From assembly GCA_965140415.1 (NCBI GenBank), contig OZ223209.1:5696001-5760000 (forward strand): a DNA stretch of 64,000 nt, in the 5' to 3' direction. Shown here one piece after another: positions 1 to 9,972 of this stretch. Made by a program: the position numbers and the translations under genes. Source of the stretch: Myxococcota bacterium. GTDB lineage: Bacteria > Myxococcota_A > SURF-8. The stretch's first letter is position 1. Each line of letters starts with the position of its first letter. The notes beneath the pieces were generated by a model. It was not told the origin of the DNA, ran no database searches, and worked only from the letters and a program-made list of their open reading frames with translations.

Positions 1-1530
1 CGTTACAGGTGATAACCGCATTACCCGAACATTGCACCGCGTTGGGTGTACAGTCCTGCTGATGGCAGACGCCGCCTTCGCAATATTGATCCTGACCGCA
101 GGGAACCTGCTGGCTGTAGCCGGAACCGGTTGCATTGCACAGCACGACATCGTTTCCATCGCAACCGGATTGATTCGGGGTGCAAACCTGATCGTAACAG
201 GCGCCGCCGTCGCAATACTGATCCTGTCCGCAAGCTACCGGATCGCCGTAACCGGAACCGTTTTCGTTACAAACGATTACGCTGTCATCGGAGCATTCCG
301 CCTCGTTTGGCGTACAGATCTGCTGGCGGCAAACTCCGCCATCGCAATATTGATCGTTGCCGCAGGGAGACGCTACACTGTAGCCGGTGCCGGTATCGTT
401 GCAGGTAATGGTGGCGTTGCCTTCGCATTCGGAGACGCCCGGCGTACAGATCTGGTCCACGCAACCGCCATCGATGCAAACCTGCTCAATGCCACAGGAA
501 ATCGGATCGCCGTAACCGCTACCCTGGTCGTTACAGACGAGGTAGGCGTCTTCGCCATCGCATTCGCTTTCAAGCGGCGGGCAGATCTGATTGTAACAGT
601 ATCCGGCATCGCAGTATTGTTCCGCACCGCAATTTTGAGGTTCGCCCCAGGCGGAGCCGTTATTGTTACAAACGATGACGGCATCGCTTTCATTGCATTC
701 ACGCTCATTGGGCGTACAGACCTGATCGTAACAGGTGCCGCTTTCGCAGTATTGCTGCTGTCCGCAAGCCACCGGGGTGCCGTAGCCAAGTCCCGTATTC
801 AGACAAGTCAGAACGTCATTGCCGCTGCACACCGACTCGCCCGGATCGCAAACGCTGTCCAAACAAACGCCGTTACTGCAAATCTGTTCCTGTCCGCAAG
901 CTACCGGGTCGCCGTAGCCGCTGCCCAAATCGTTACAGGTAATGACATCGTCGTTGTCATCGCACTCGGCAACGCCCGGCTCACAAACCTGGGCTTGACA
1001 AGTGCCGCCCTCGCAGTATTCGTTGTTACCGCACAAAACCGGATCGCCGTAGCCGGAACCGTTGCTCAAACAATGACGGCGAGCGTCGTTGCCGTCGCAG
1101 ACCCAGCTATCGGGAACACAAACCTGGTTCAGACAAGTACCATTGTCGCAATACTGATCGTTGTTGCAGTCTACCGGGTCGACGTAGCCGCTACCCAGCG
1201 CATTGCAGGTGACAACCTGGCCTGAGTCATTGCAGCTCGCCTGATCGGGGGTACAGATCTGATCGAAGCAAACGCCGAACTGGCAGTAACGGTCGTCTCC
1301 GCATGAAACAGGATCTCCAAAGCCGGAACCGTCGCTCAAACAGGATTGATAGGAGAAGTCGTCGGCGCAGATTGCACTGTTGGAATCGCAAACGCGCGCA
1401 TGGCAGGTGCCATCGGAACAGTATTGCTGATTGTTGCAGGTTTCCGGCGCAAGGTAGCCGGTGCCATAACTGTTACAAATGAAAATGGATAATCCGTAGC
1501 AGGTTCGGCTATTTGGAACACAAACCGGAT
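1..1530 (-). repeat. Degenerate 132/135-bp tandem repeat encoding Cys-rich modules (CxPxxxxC...CNxxGSGY...C...QYCxxGxCxxQ)
   Basis: QYC-type codons recur at about 81, 213, 345, 477, 612, 747, 879, 1014, 1149, 1284 and 1419, a spacing of 132-135 nt. Confidence 0.9.
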
Positions 1531-2224
1531 AGGTCTGGTCCCCATCGACCACATCATCGTCACCATCGGGCATGTCGCCGTCGGGCATGTCACCGTCGGG
1601 AGTATCGCCATCGGGAGTATCGCCATCGGGAGTATCGCCATCGGGAGTGTCACCGTCGGGAGTATCGCCATCGGGAGTATCGCCATCGGGCGTATCGCCA
1701 TCGGGCATATCGCCATCGGGCGTGTCACCGTCGGGTGTATCACCGTCGGGAGTATCGCCATCGGGAGTATCGCCATCGGGCGTGTCACCATCGGGCGTGT
1801 CACCGTCGGGCGTGTCGCCGTCGGGTGTATCACCGTCGGGTGTATCACCGTCGGGAGTATCTCCATCGGGCATATCTCCATCGGGCATATCTCCATCGGG
1901 CATATCGCCATCGGGCGTGTCGCCGTCGGGCGTATCACCGTCGGGAGTATCGCCGTCGGGAGTATCTCCATCAGGTGTGTCACCATCGGGAGTGTCGCCG
2001 TCGGGCGTGTCGCCATCGGGAATATCGCCATCGGGCGTGTCGCCATCGGGTTGATAGTCTCCATCGGGTAGTGGATTCTCGTTCCCATCCTCTTCCATGT
2101 CGCCATCCATGGCTTCGCTTTCCTGATCTCCATCCGTGGTATCCACGCTGTCATCATCACCACCGCAGGCAGCCAGGCTAAAGACAAGCATCAAGCTCCA
2201 AAGCAGAAATATCGCCCGTTTCAT
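1..2224 (-). CDS. Large surface lipoprotein (partial, runs off the left edge): lipobox, PDGDx pentapeptide stalk, then at least 11 six-Cys repeats of 44-45 aa
   Basis: Manual translation from ATG 2224 gives MKRAIFLLWSLMLVFSLAAC-GGDDDSVDTTDGD... The frame was open in the segments translated (start, stalk/Cys junction, left edge ...QDCTPNAVQCSGNAVITCN). It is absent from the ORF track, consistent with its stop lying outside the window. Confidence 0.9.
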   Translation of the reverse strand, partial: MKRAIFLLWSLMLVFSLAACGGDDDSVDTTDGDQESEAMDGDMEEDGNENPLPDGDYQPDGDTPDGDIPDGDTPDGDTPDGDTPDGDTPDGDTPDGDTPDGDTPDGDMPDGDMPDGDMPDGDTPDGDTPDGDTPDGDTPDGDTPDGDTPDGDTPDGDTPDGDTPDGDTPDGDMPDGDTPDGDTPDGDTPDGDTPDGDTPDGDTPDGDTPDGDMPDGDMPDGDDDVVDGDQTYPVCVPNSRTCYGLSIFICNSYGTGYLAPETCNNQQYCSDGTCHARVCDSNSAICADDFSYQSCLSDGSGFGDPVSCGDDRYCQFGVCFDQICTPDQASCNDSGQVVTCNALGSGYVDPVDCNNDQYCDNGTCLNQVCVPDSWVCDGNDARRHCLSNGSGYGDPVLCGNNEYCEGGTCQAQVCEPGVAECDDNDDVITCNDLGSGYGDPVACGQEQICSNGVCLDSVCDPGESVCSGNDVLTCLNTGLGYGTPVACGQQQYCESGTCYDQVCTPNERECNESDAVIVCNNNGSAWGEPQNCGAEQYCDAGYCYNQICPPLESECDGEDAYLVCNDQGSGYGDPISCGIEQVCIDGGCVDQICTPGVSECEGNATITCNDTGTGYSVASPCGNDQYCDGGVCRQQICTPNEAECSDDSVIVCNENGSGYGDPVACGQDQYCDGGACYDQVCTPNQSGCDGNDVVLCNATGSGYSQQVPCGQDQYCEGGVCHQQDCTPNAVQCSGNAVITCN
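1556..2068 (-). repeat. 15-bp tandem repeat, about 33 units, encoding PDGD(T/I/M)
   Basis: Units such as gtatcgccatcggga recur every 15 nt. They generate the spurious SPSGV and HRREY antisense ORFs. Confidence 0.95.
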
Positions 2225-2485
2225 GTACACTTCTCCGTATTTTTTTCCGATTATCAACAACATTGGGTTAGCTACAATAGTTGGAGGGTAGTGTACGTAA
2301 GCTGGGCTGGTTCGTCAAACGATATTTACATAGCTTATTCGTGTCTTAATAAAAGCCCTTGTTCTATGAAGGCAGCTCGTGGTAGAAAAGAAACAATATA
2401 CGTCCTTGGGATTGCTAAGTTTTAGAGAGGTTATCTACTTGGAATTTCAAGAAATTCCGAGTGAGTAACAGGCGAAGGAGTGGGT

Positions 2486-4111
2486 ATGGACGATTTAATT
2501 GCAATCAACGATCAGGCACGCGCGCAACGAGTGAAAAAGTGGCTGGTTGCCGGGTTGATGCTGTATTTCATGCTGCTGATCGGTTATGCCATCAGTATTC
2601 CTCAGCGCACCGTGCCGTTTTTTACACGCATCGTAGGATTCAATGAATATGTTGCCGGCGGCAACCTGACCATGCGCTTTTTTGTCATCGGCACAAAAGA
2701 ACAAGCGCCCTTAGCGGATTTCCATATCAAAATGGAATTGATGCGCCCCGTCACGGGAGCAAGCTTCAACGTGTTTGAAGGCAGCGCAGCCCGGCAAGGC
2801 TATGTGGAAGCTTCGGTGCCTTTGCCCGCCATGCAGCCGGGGGACTACATCGCGCGCGTCACTGCCACTCACGAAAAATACGGTCAGGAAGTCAGCGAGT
2901 TTCGTCTGGCGATTCTTCCCCGTGCTCCGGCGCGAAGTCTCGATGTGCAGGTCTTGGACGAGGTCTATACGAAACTGGCTCCGCCGGTGAAAGTGGATCA
3001 GTTAACCCCGCCGGTGGAACTGCGTTTGATTGCGAATAATGGACGTTTCACTCCGAATTTGAACAACACCCTGATGCTCATTGCAGAACGTAGCGACAAT
3101 CGTCTGCCGGTGGAAGGCTTGAATGTCGAAGTGGTGGCCGGTAAACGTAGCATCGCCAAATTGAAAACCGACGAAATGGGCTTGGCGAGTTTCCCCTTTT
3201 ACCCACACAGCATGGGAGATCAGCACATCACGTTGAAAATGACCGACCCCAAGGGTAACGTCATTGAAAAACGCACGGAGATGCGCCCGATCGGCTCCCA
3301 GGTTGTAGCCACACCGAACAAACAATTGCTTCCGGTTGGCGAGCCGATCACGTTCAAACTGGAAACGCTGCGCGGCGGAGGCTGGCATGTTGATTTGTTC
3401 GATCACGGCAACCTGCTGCTTTCAACCGTTCAGCAGATGAAAGGTGCGGCGGTGCAGATGTCGCTGCCGGTGCCGGAGAATGCCACCGGCATGTTGTACG
3501 TACAGGTTGCGGCGGATTTCAACAATCCCACCACCAGCTACGATTCGTTTTACGTATATGTCTACGATCCGAAGTTGGCGCAACTGGACGAAGACGACCC
3601 GCGCCTGAAGAACGCCCAACTGGACGATCCCAAGCTCGACGACATCCTGCTTGAAAAACCCTTCAAGAAATTCTGGGCTTACGTCAATGGCAGCCACGTG
3701 TTCAAGCGCGAAATCACTGAACGCTGGCTGGAAAAGATCAACAATCTTTCGTTGGCGAAACTGCCGTACAAACCGCGTGAACTGGCGAGACAAGTGCTTG
3801 CCGAAGTCCCCAAAGATTACTACCTGCTACCGGAGTTGCTGAACACGCGCGACGTCCGAATTCGAGATTTCGACAAAAAACAGCGCAATGACCGCGACAA
3901 TGTGATATGGCTGCTGGCCCTGTCCGGGGTGGTGGTGATTTTGCTTTTGGGCATGAAAATCTTTCGGGAAATTCGCCTTAGAGACGAGGAAGGCCTGGAA
4001 TACGGACATGGTAACATCGTAACATTGCTGCTTTTATTGGCAGTAGTCGTCGCCGGATACGGAATGATTATTTACCTGCTCACCATCCTGGATTGGTGGA
4101 AGGGAATGTAG
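2486..4111 (+). CDS. Membrane protein with a large periplasmic beta-sandwich region (MG2/macroglobulin-like)
   Basis: N-terminal TM helix, two C-terminal TM helices, and an MG-domain-like segment LKTDEMGLASFPF. AGGAG precedes ATG 2486. Confidence 0.6.
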   Translation: MDDLIAINDQARAQRVKKWLVAGLMLYFMLLIGYAISIPQRTVPFFTRIVGFNEYVAGGNLTMRFFVIGTKEQAPLADFHIKMELMRPVTGASFNVFEGSAARQGYVEASVPLPAMQPGDYIARVTATHEKYGQEVSEFRLAILPRAPARSLDVQVLDEVYTKLAPPVKVDQLTPPVELRLIANNGRFTPNLNNTLMLIAERSDNRLPVEGLNVEVVAGKRSIAKLKTDEMGLASFPFYPHSMGDQHITLKMTDPKGNVIEKRTEMRPIGSQVVATPNKQLLPVGEPITFKLETLRGGGWHVDLFDHGNLLLSTVQQMKGAAVQMSLPVPENATGMLYVQVAADFNNPTTSYDSFYVYVYDPKLAQLDEDDPRLKNAQLDDPKLDDILLEKPFKKFWAYVNGSHVFKREITERWLEKINNLSLAKLPYKPRELARQVLAEVPKDYYLLPELLNTRDVRIRDFDKKQRNDRDNVIWLLALSGVVVILLLGMKIFREIRLRDEEGLEYGHGNIVTLLLLLAVVVAGYGMIIYLLTILDWWKGM

Positions 4112-4117
4112 CACAAC

Positions 4118-5200
4118 ATGAAATTCGTAGATGAAGTCAGTATATACGTTGAAGCGGGCAATGGCGGCAATGGCTGTTGTTCGTTCCGACACGAAAAATA
4201 CGTCCCGCGTGGCGGGCCGGACGGCGGTGATGGCGGTCGTGGTGGCGATGTCTATCTGGTCGCTGATACGGGTGCATCCACCTTGTTGGATCTGCGCTAT
4301 AACCAGCACCAGCGAGGCAAGCGCGGCTCGCATGGCAAAGGCAAGCAGATGACCGGTGCTGCGGGCCAGGATCGGCTGGTGCGCGTACCGGAAGGTACAA
4401 TTGCCTACGACGTGGAAACAGGCGAACTTATTGGCGAAGTATTGAAGCAGGGACAACGTCTGCTTTTAGCGCATGGCGGACGTGGCGGGCGCGGCAACAT
4501 GCGTTTTCTCAGTTCCAAAAATCAAGCGCCACGCAGGGCCGATCCTGGTGAACCGGGAGAAGTGCGCCAGGTTCGTCTGGAGTTGAAATTATTGGCGGAT
4601 GTCGGCCTGGTAGGCTTTCCCAATGTGGGCAAAAGTACACTGATTTCCGCCTGTAGCAAAGCTCGTCCTAAAATTGCGGATTATCCGTTTACGACCATCA
4701 TTCCCAATCTGGGCGTGGTGCAGGCTGACAGCGGCAACAGCTTTGTAATGGCCGATATTCCGGGCTTGATCGAAGGTGCTGCCGACGGCGCGGGAATGGG
4801 CATTCGTTTTCTGCGGCACGTCGAACGTTGCAGTGTGCTGTTGCATGTACTGGAATTCAACGAGGAACGCGGTGGCGAACCGCTGGCGGACTATGAAGCA
4901 CTATGTAGTGAGTTGAAACAGTACGCACCGGAGATGCTGGACAAACCCCAGATCGTCTGCTTGAACAAAACAGATCTGAGTCCCGATTCCGAGGCGGTGG
5001 AAGATTTGCGGAGTGCATTCAATAAACTCGACATTCCGTTTTTCACCATTTCGGCAGCCACTCGCAAGGGTTTGAAAAAGCTGTTGAATCAGTTGGATCA
5101 ATTGATCAAACGCCCCGAACCGGAGCTTACGCCGTTTGAGGAATTCGCACCGACTCCCTGTTCCGAAGTCACCTGGTCCTCAGAAGAGGAAGACGAATAG
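4118..5200 (+). CDS. obgE: GTPase ObgE/CgtA
   Basis: MKFVDEV...GGPDGGDGGRGG glycine-rich Obg fold; G1 GFPNVGKS, YPFTT, DIPG, NKTD. Confidence 0.98.
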   Translation: MKFVDEVSIYVEAGNGGNGCCSFRHEKYVPRGGPDGGDGGRGGDVYLVADTGASTLLDLRYNQHQRGKRGSHGKGKQMTGAAGQDRLVRVPEGTIAYDVETGELIGEVLKQGQRLLLAHGGRGGRGNMRFLSSKNQAPRRADPGEPGEVRQVRLELKLLADVGLVGFPNVGKSTLISACSKARPKIADYPFTTIIPNLGVVQADSGNSFVMADIPGLIEGAADGAGMGIRFLRHVERCSVLLHVLEFNEERGGEPLADYEALCSELKQYAPEMLDKPQIVCLNKTDLSPDSEAVEDLRSAFNKLDIPFFTISAATRKGLKKLLNQLDQLIKRPEPELTPFEEFAPTPCSEVTWSSEEEDE

Positions 5201-5290
5201 AGTTGTAAGTCATTTCATAGCACTGCCACTTGATTTCCTTCGGTCTTCACGCTATAAAGACATACATTGTCACAATATGTGAGGTATGTC

Positions 5291-6370
5291 ATGTCGACCA
5301 CGATCCGTTGGATGCCGGCTGCTGTCGTATGCTTCGCTGTGCTGCTTTTTGCTGCTTCAGCTTGTAACGAAGATACCGACGACTCCGAACCCCATTATGG
5401 CGATAATCCGTATTCGATCCCGGATGGGGATGAGGATAGCGACTCTTCGTCGGGACAATCTCAAATCATCGATTGCCCAAGCCTACAAGATCTGGCGGGT
5501 GGCTATAGCTGGATCACGAGCATCGATGTGGGTGACGATCCTTCCTTGTGCCAGTATATGGATTGCGACATCGATACGGTGTATTGGAACGGGGGATTAT
5601 ACATCGATGAAAATGGTTTGCTTCGCATGGGTCTGCGCTATGTCAACACCTATGCGAGTTCCCGCATGCAGATCCACATTACCGGCAAGGCTCAGATGAC
5701 TTCATGTAACACCATGGTGTTAAGCGAGGTATTCGATTACGCCGATGATTGCCAGATGCAATCGTTTCATCGCGGCACCGGCTGGCGCGATCCGGTTGAA
5801 GTCGATACGGACAATCCGCAGCTTACATTCCATCTGAAATTGTTCGCTTCCGGGGCATTACTGATGAATCACTCGCTGGAATGGTACGGCGGCCAGTTTC
5901 CCTGGGAACCGGACTACGAGATCACAGCCAACAATGCCGACTTTGAATATGACGAAGATTTCAAAGGGCCGCTATGCGATCCCCTGACTCAGACTTCCTG
6001 TGAGTGCGCCTGCCAGCCAAACAGCACCGCCTGCCAGGATTCCAGTCACGTAATCGTTTGTGATGAATCCGGAAATCCGAATACCTACGATTGTGACACG
6101 GCTTGTTCCAACGATGGCTACGGTACTTCGCAGGGATGCAGCGAGCGTAACGGCGAGGAATTATGCTGGTGTGATTACGAACCCTGCTATGAAGAACCGG
6201 GAACACGGGAATGCGTCAACGACATGCGCGTCCGCATCTGTTCGGCGGAAGGCACCTGGTTTCCCAAGGACTGCAACGACGATTGCGCCGATTACGGTTT
6301 CGGGCCGGCGATTGATTGTCGTTGGATCGAAGAGTCCAGCATGTACGATTGCTGGTGCGAGTCGAATTAG
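5291..6370 (+). CDS. Cys-rich lipoprotein with acidic PDGD linker
   Basis: Lipobox AASAC, acidic linker PDGDEDSD, and two C-terminal Cys-rich repeats. GAGG precedes ATG 5291. Confidence 0.75.
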   Translation: MSTTIRWMPAAVVCFAVLLFAASACNEDTDDSEPHYGDNPYSIPDGDEDSDSSSGQSQIIDCPSLQDLAGGYSWITSIDVGDDPSLCQYMDCDIDTVYWNGGLYIDENGLLRMGLRYVNTYASSRMQIHITGKAQMTSCNTMVLSEVFDYADDCQMQSFHRGTGWRDPVEVDTDNPQLTFHLKLFASGALLMNHSLEWYGGQFPWEPDYEITANNADFEYDEDFKGPLCDPLTQTSCECACQPNSTACQDSSHVIVCDESGNPNTYDCDTACSNDGYGTSQGCSERNGEELCWCDYEPCYEEPGTRECVNDMRVRICSAEGTWFPKDCNDDCADYGFGPAIDCRWIEESSMYDCWCESN

Positions 6371-6389
6371 GGTATTACATCACAGCAAA

Positions 6390-6452
6390 GGGTGCTTCAA
6401 GTTCAAGGATTCCGGGCCATCGATTCGTACCGAATCGAAGACCCGGGCACCC
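6390..6452. repeat. GGGTGC...GCACCC palindromic REP-like element between convergent genes
   Basis: Nested inverted repeats GGGTGC/GCACCC, CCGGG/CCCGG and TCGATTCG/CGAATCGA. Confidence 0.6.
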
Positions 6453-6498
6453 ATCCAATAGTGTAAATCACCTAATAGTGACTAGGAGTTTGTCTATC

Positions 6499-8646
6499 TC
6501 ACTCACAGCTTCCGGCGTCCTTCCAGGCTAAGAACTGACCTTCACCGGCATCGATCAAACCATAATAGCGAGCCATCCAGAACGATTCGGTGAAATCGCG
6601 ACCCGGTGATTGCTTGCGCCCGATGCCGCCATGGAAATCTCCAATATCAAACGGACTGCGCTGCCACATAAAATCCGAATAGCCGCGCAGACTGCCGGGC
6701 AATCCCCAACTGGCCAGGCCGTTGGTGCATTTGCCATCCTCCATTACGCATTCACCGGCACGCCCGTCGCACTCGTGCGTAATGACTTTGCTTTCCAACG
6801 GAATACCGAAAAGTTCACCGCCATCTTCACAGATGTTGCGTTCCTCTTCGGTCGGGCAACGCACGGAGATGCCTTCCGGGAACGCATCGATGATGTCCTG
6901 GCGTCCGGGTGAATAGGTGCGACGAGGAGCATCCTGTACGCCGTCGTTTCCACCGAAATCCGCTAATTGCGCCAGAACGGAATCCACGGCGGCCTGTCGG
7001 TTTTCATCCGAATCGGGGAAAACGGAGGCGTACATGGTGTTGAATTTGGCGCTTTCGTGATTGAACAGGGCTTTGTCCCATAGTTCACCCTTCATGACCT
7101 TGAGCATCTCTTCTTTGAGAGTGCCTTCCGGCAACATGGTGATCATCTGCCAGTGGGTTCCATAGGTGATGTGGTCGCCGTAAAAACGGAAACACCAGTC
7201 CGGCAGACGGAAAGCAATCATCGTGTGCGCCACATCGATGGTGCGTAGGTTTTCGATCAGTTCGTTGTTCAGGAAATCCAGGTACTGCTGCTCGCCGGTG
7301 AAATAGTAGTTCATCAAGGCCAGGTGCATCATGTGGCTGGCGTCGCCACCGCGCACGTTGGCAATGTAGAAATGATCGATCATTTTTTCGCGGGCGGGCT
7401 TGTCGCTTTCGTCATCCAGTTCGGATGCCAGATTCAGCATTTCCACCATGAAATTCGATGCGTTGGCATCGATCACGCGCGAAGGCTCGATTTCCAGCGT
7501 ATCCGGGCAGGTGCGGTCGAAGGTTTCGGCGCTGGCCTGGTTGAACATCTGGTTATAGTACACGACCAGCCGGTCCAACTTGTTAAAGTCCATGTCATCC
7601 GGGTCCAGGTTCATGTTGGCGCCGGCAAAGTAGCTGGTCACCGCTTCCAGTACATCCGGATTGTCCTGCAAGTTGATGATTTCCAAACGCTTCAGGCGTT
7701 TCATGTAGCAAGTCATGTGGTGGACGATCTTCTCCTTGAGAGCGCTGTCCTCCTCTTTAAGCAGGTTGTAAATCAGCGGGAAGGCGGTCATAGGACCGGA
7801 ATACTGATCGATGGATGGATGCCCGTTCCAATAAGGCGTTCCCTTTACCACGCCGCCGTTGCCGTCCGGTACGCCATCGAAATACATCGACGGTAAGCCC
7901 TCGATATCCTCCGGGTTCTCGATGGGATTGTCGCGGTTACTGCGGTTGTCCAGACCGTATTCGATGATGATCTGATCGTTTTGCGGACTGCCTTCGTCGA
8001 GCACCAGAAAATCGTGGCGCGCCAGGTAACCGGGAATGCCGGTCACGTCGAAGTTTCGGAGCATGGCTTTCAGCCGGTTCACCATATGGTCGTAGTCGGC
8101 GGCGGTTCCGGTATTCATGTAGCGGAAAATATCCGACACCAAAGCCGCGCCGGTCCAGATGGAGGCATCGCCGGTTCCGGCCCAACCCGCGAATTTCTCC
8201 GGGTCGCCCCATTCCGCCTCCGGCATGGAACCCGGAATATCCGTGTTGAAGGTGCGCTCGGCGGTCAGCCCATTAGGCGAAGTGTACAGATCGTGCCAGC
8301 GGTCGTAAAGGTATACCCGATTGAGGATTTCATTGGGTGAATCCACAAACGCCTGGGCTTCGCCGTCGTAAATGGCGCAGACTTTCTTTTTGCCGCCTTC
8401 GCAGACTTCCTGCTGATAGATCGCGCAGCTTTCGATGTCCGTCTCGGCTGTCGGGTCCGAAGGCGAAGCACTGAAGGTGGGATGTGGTTCGAACGCTGTG
8501 TTTTCGTCTTCGATGTCCAGATCACCATCGCCTTCAATACCGTCGGTGCCGTCGCTGTCACCAGGAGCGGTGTCATTTGAATCCGAACAGGCATAGCAAA
8601 GAGAAAAAGCCAGTAGGATGACGAGGATTGGGCGCAGGGATTTCAT
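6499..8646 (-). CDS. Lipoprotein of unknown function with a DGD linker and a large helical, possibly (alpha/alpha)-barrel, domain
   Basis: 715-aa ORF; lipobox CYAC; linker GDSDGTDGIEGDGD; segments GDASIWTG, GIPGYLAR, SIDQYSG, FWMARYYG. Confidence 0.75.
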   Translation of the reverse strand: MKSLRPILVILLAFSLCYACSDSNDTAPGDSDGTDGIEGDGDLDIEDENTAFEPHPTFSASPSDPTAETDIESCAIYQQEVCEGGKKKVCAIYDGEAQAFVDSPNEILNRVYLYDRWHDLYTSPNGLTAERTFNTDIPGSMPEAEWGDPEKFAGWAGTGDASIWTGAALVSDIFRYMNTGTAADYDHMVNRLKAMLRNFDVTGIPGYLARHDFLVLDEGSPQNDQIIIEYGLDNRSNRDNPIENPEDIEGLPSMYFDGVPDGNGGVVKGTPYWNGHPSIDQYSGPMTAFPLIYNLLKEEDSALKEKIVHHMTCYMKRLKRLEIINLQDNPDVLEAVTSYFAGANMNLDPDDMDFNKLDRLVVYYNQMFNQASAETFDRTCPDTLEIEPSRVIDANASNFMVEMLNLASELDDESDKPAREKMIDHFYIANVRGGDASHMMHLALMNYYFTGEQQYLDFLNNELIENLRTIDVAHTMIAFRLPDWCFRFYGDHITYGTHWQMITMLPEGTLKEEMLKVMKGELWDKALFNHESAKFNTMYASVFPDSDENRQAAVDSVLAQLADFGGNDGVQDAPRRTYSPGRQDIIDAFPEGISVRCPTEEERNICEDGGELFGIPLESKVITHECDGRAGECVMEDGKCTNGLASWGLPGSLRGYSDFMWQRSPFDIGDFHGGIGRKQSPGRDFTESFWMARYYGLIDAGEGQFLAWKDAGSCE

Positions 8647-8752
8647 GATACTTCTCCTTGGATTCTAAAACAGTTGGCGTTACAGCCAAGATATGACAGG
8701 TATTATTCCGATGTCGGGTTGGAACTAGTCCGAGCGACTAGAAGCCGTGAGT

Positions 8753-9340
8753 TTATCCTTTTCGTTTCAGATCTTTCAGGACGAGTTTGGCGGCTGTCTT
8801 GAGGGTTTCCAGCACGCCATCGCCGCGCGTGGCGACCGCTCCAAATTCCGGTCGCCTGCCGGGATTAAGCAAGGCGGAAAGTTCTTTGACATCCACCGCG
8901 CTGGGTAGATCGCGCTTGTTGTATTGCATCACCCAGGGAATCGCATTGATATCGAGATCGTGCTCCTCCAAGTTGATTTTCATGTTGTCCAGGCTCTCCA
9001 GATTGGCGTCCATGCGCTCGATCTGCGAGTCGGCAACGAACACCACGCCATCCGCGCCTTTTAAAATCAGCTTGCGGGAAGCATCGTAGAAAACCTGGCC
9101 GGGAACGGTATACAGATGGAAGCGGGTTTTAAAGCCACGAATTTCGCCAAGTTGCAGCGGCATAAAATCGAAAAAGAGGGTACGCTCCGTTTCGGTGGCA
9201 AGTGAAATCAGGCGACCGCGCGTGGTGGGGTCCGCCTTTTGATGAATGAACTGGATGTTCGTCGTTTTCCCGCCCAGACCGGGACCGTAGTACACCAGTT
9301 TGATGTTGATTTCCCGCGAAGAGTAATTGATGAACGCCAT
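8753..9340 (-). CDS. mglA: Small Ras-like GTPase MglA
   Basis: MAFINYSSREINIKLVYYGPGLGGKTTN, TLFFDF, TVPGQVFY, NKRDLP. Confidence 0.97.
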   Translation of the reverse strand: MAFINYSSREINIKLVYYGPGLGGKTTNIQFIHQKADPTTRGRLISLATETERTLFFDFMPLQLGEIRGFKTRFHLYTVPGQVFYDASRKLILKGADGVVFVADSQIERMDANLESLDNMKINLEEHDLDINAIPWVMQYNKRDLPSAVDVKELSALLNPGRRPEFGAVATRGDGVLETLKTAAKLVLKDLKRKG

Positions 9341-9355
9341 CAGGCGGCCCCCGGA

Positions 9356-9838
9356 CTAATCGTTGAACAAATTATCGATGTCTTCGTCTGTGATTTCCGC
9401 GAACAAGGGGTTGGCAGCTCCAGATTCGCTTTTCTTGATCATTTCCGTAAAGACTGTTTCCAGCTGATGCCCAGCCTTCTTTACCCGCAATCGAACCAAG
9501 CCCAAAGAAGATCGAATGTCGAACACCACCACCAGGATGTAACGGTTGGCGATGATCGACAGATGCAGGTTGTCCTTTTCGCCTTCGTGGAACAGAATCG
9601 AAAATTCCTGTTCCCCGATCAGCTTGGCCAGTCCTCCGGTCGCCGCAATATTACCGGCGGCCAGCGTGGCCAGCGAAGTCGTATCCATGGTGCCGGTATC
9701 GCCGGAAGAGGCGATTAACTGACCGTTTTTATCCACGAGAAAAACGAGTTTGGCGTTGGTCTGCTCGGATAGATGATTGCAGATCTCCAGTACCCGGTTG
9801 TAGTCTTCTTCGTGGATCACCGTTTGGGCGTTTAACAT
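9356..9838 (-). CDS. mglB: Roadblock/LC7 GTPase-activating protein MglB
   Basis: VFLVDKNGQLIA...AGNIAATGGLAKLIGE, SSLGLVRLRVKK, FAEITDEDIDNLF; directly upstream of mglA. Confidence 0.96.
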   Translation of the reverse strand: MLNAQTVIHEEDYNRVLEICNHLSEQTNAKLVFLVDKNGQLIASSGDTGTMDTTSLATLAAGNIAATGGLAKLIGEQEFSILFHEGEKDNLHLSIIANRYILVVVFDIRSSLGLVRLRVKKAGHQLETVFTEMIKKSESGAANPLFAEITDEDIDNLFND

Positions 9839-9972
9839 GATGATTTCGTCCCGTTCTATTACCCGATCAGTCCGCTTTGCCGAAGGCGGACCTCACACTT
9901 GCAAGAGCGCTTACTGTAGCAAAGTTATCGTAAAAACGCAAGAATATCGCACGGGTCGCCAGATTCCAGCGT

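Noticed and set aside
1556-2068. 15-bp array as a CRISPR or non-coding satellite
   Set aside because: There are no spacers, the period is a multiple of 3, and variation falls mostly at synonymous positions, so it is a coding repeat.
32-2187. ORF-track entries 32..1225(+), 1336..2187(-), 1513..2181(+) and 1572..2054(+) with HRREY, SPSGV and PMAI repeats
   Set aside because: These are shadow frames of the repeat-rich minus-strand lipoprotein starting at 2224, which has the signal peptide and lipobox.
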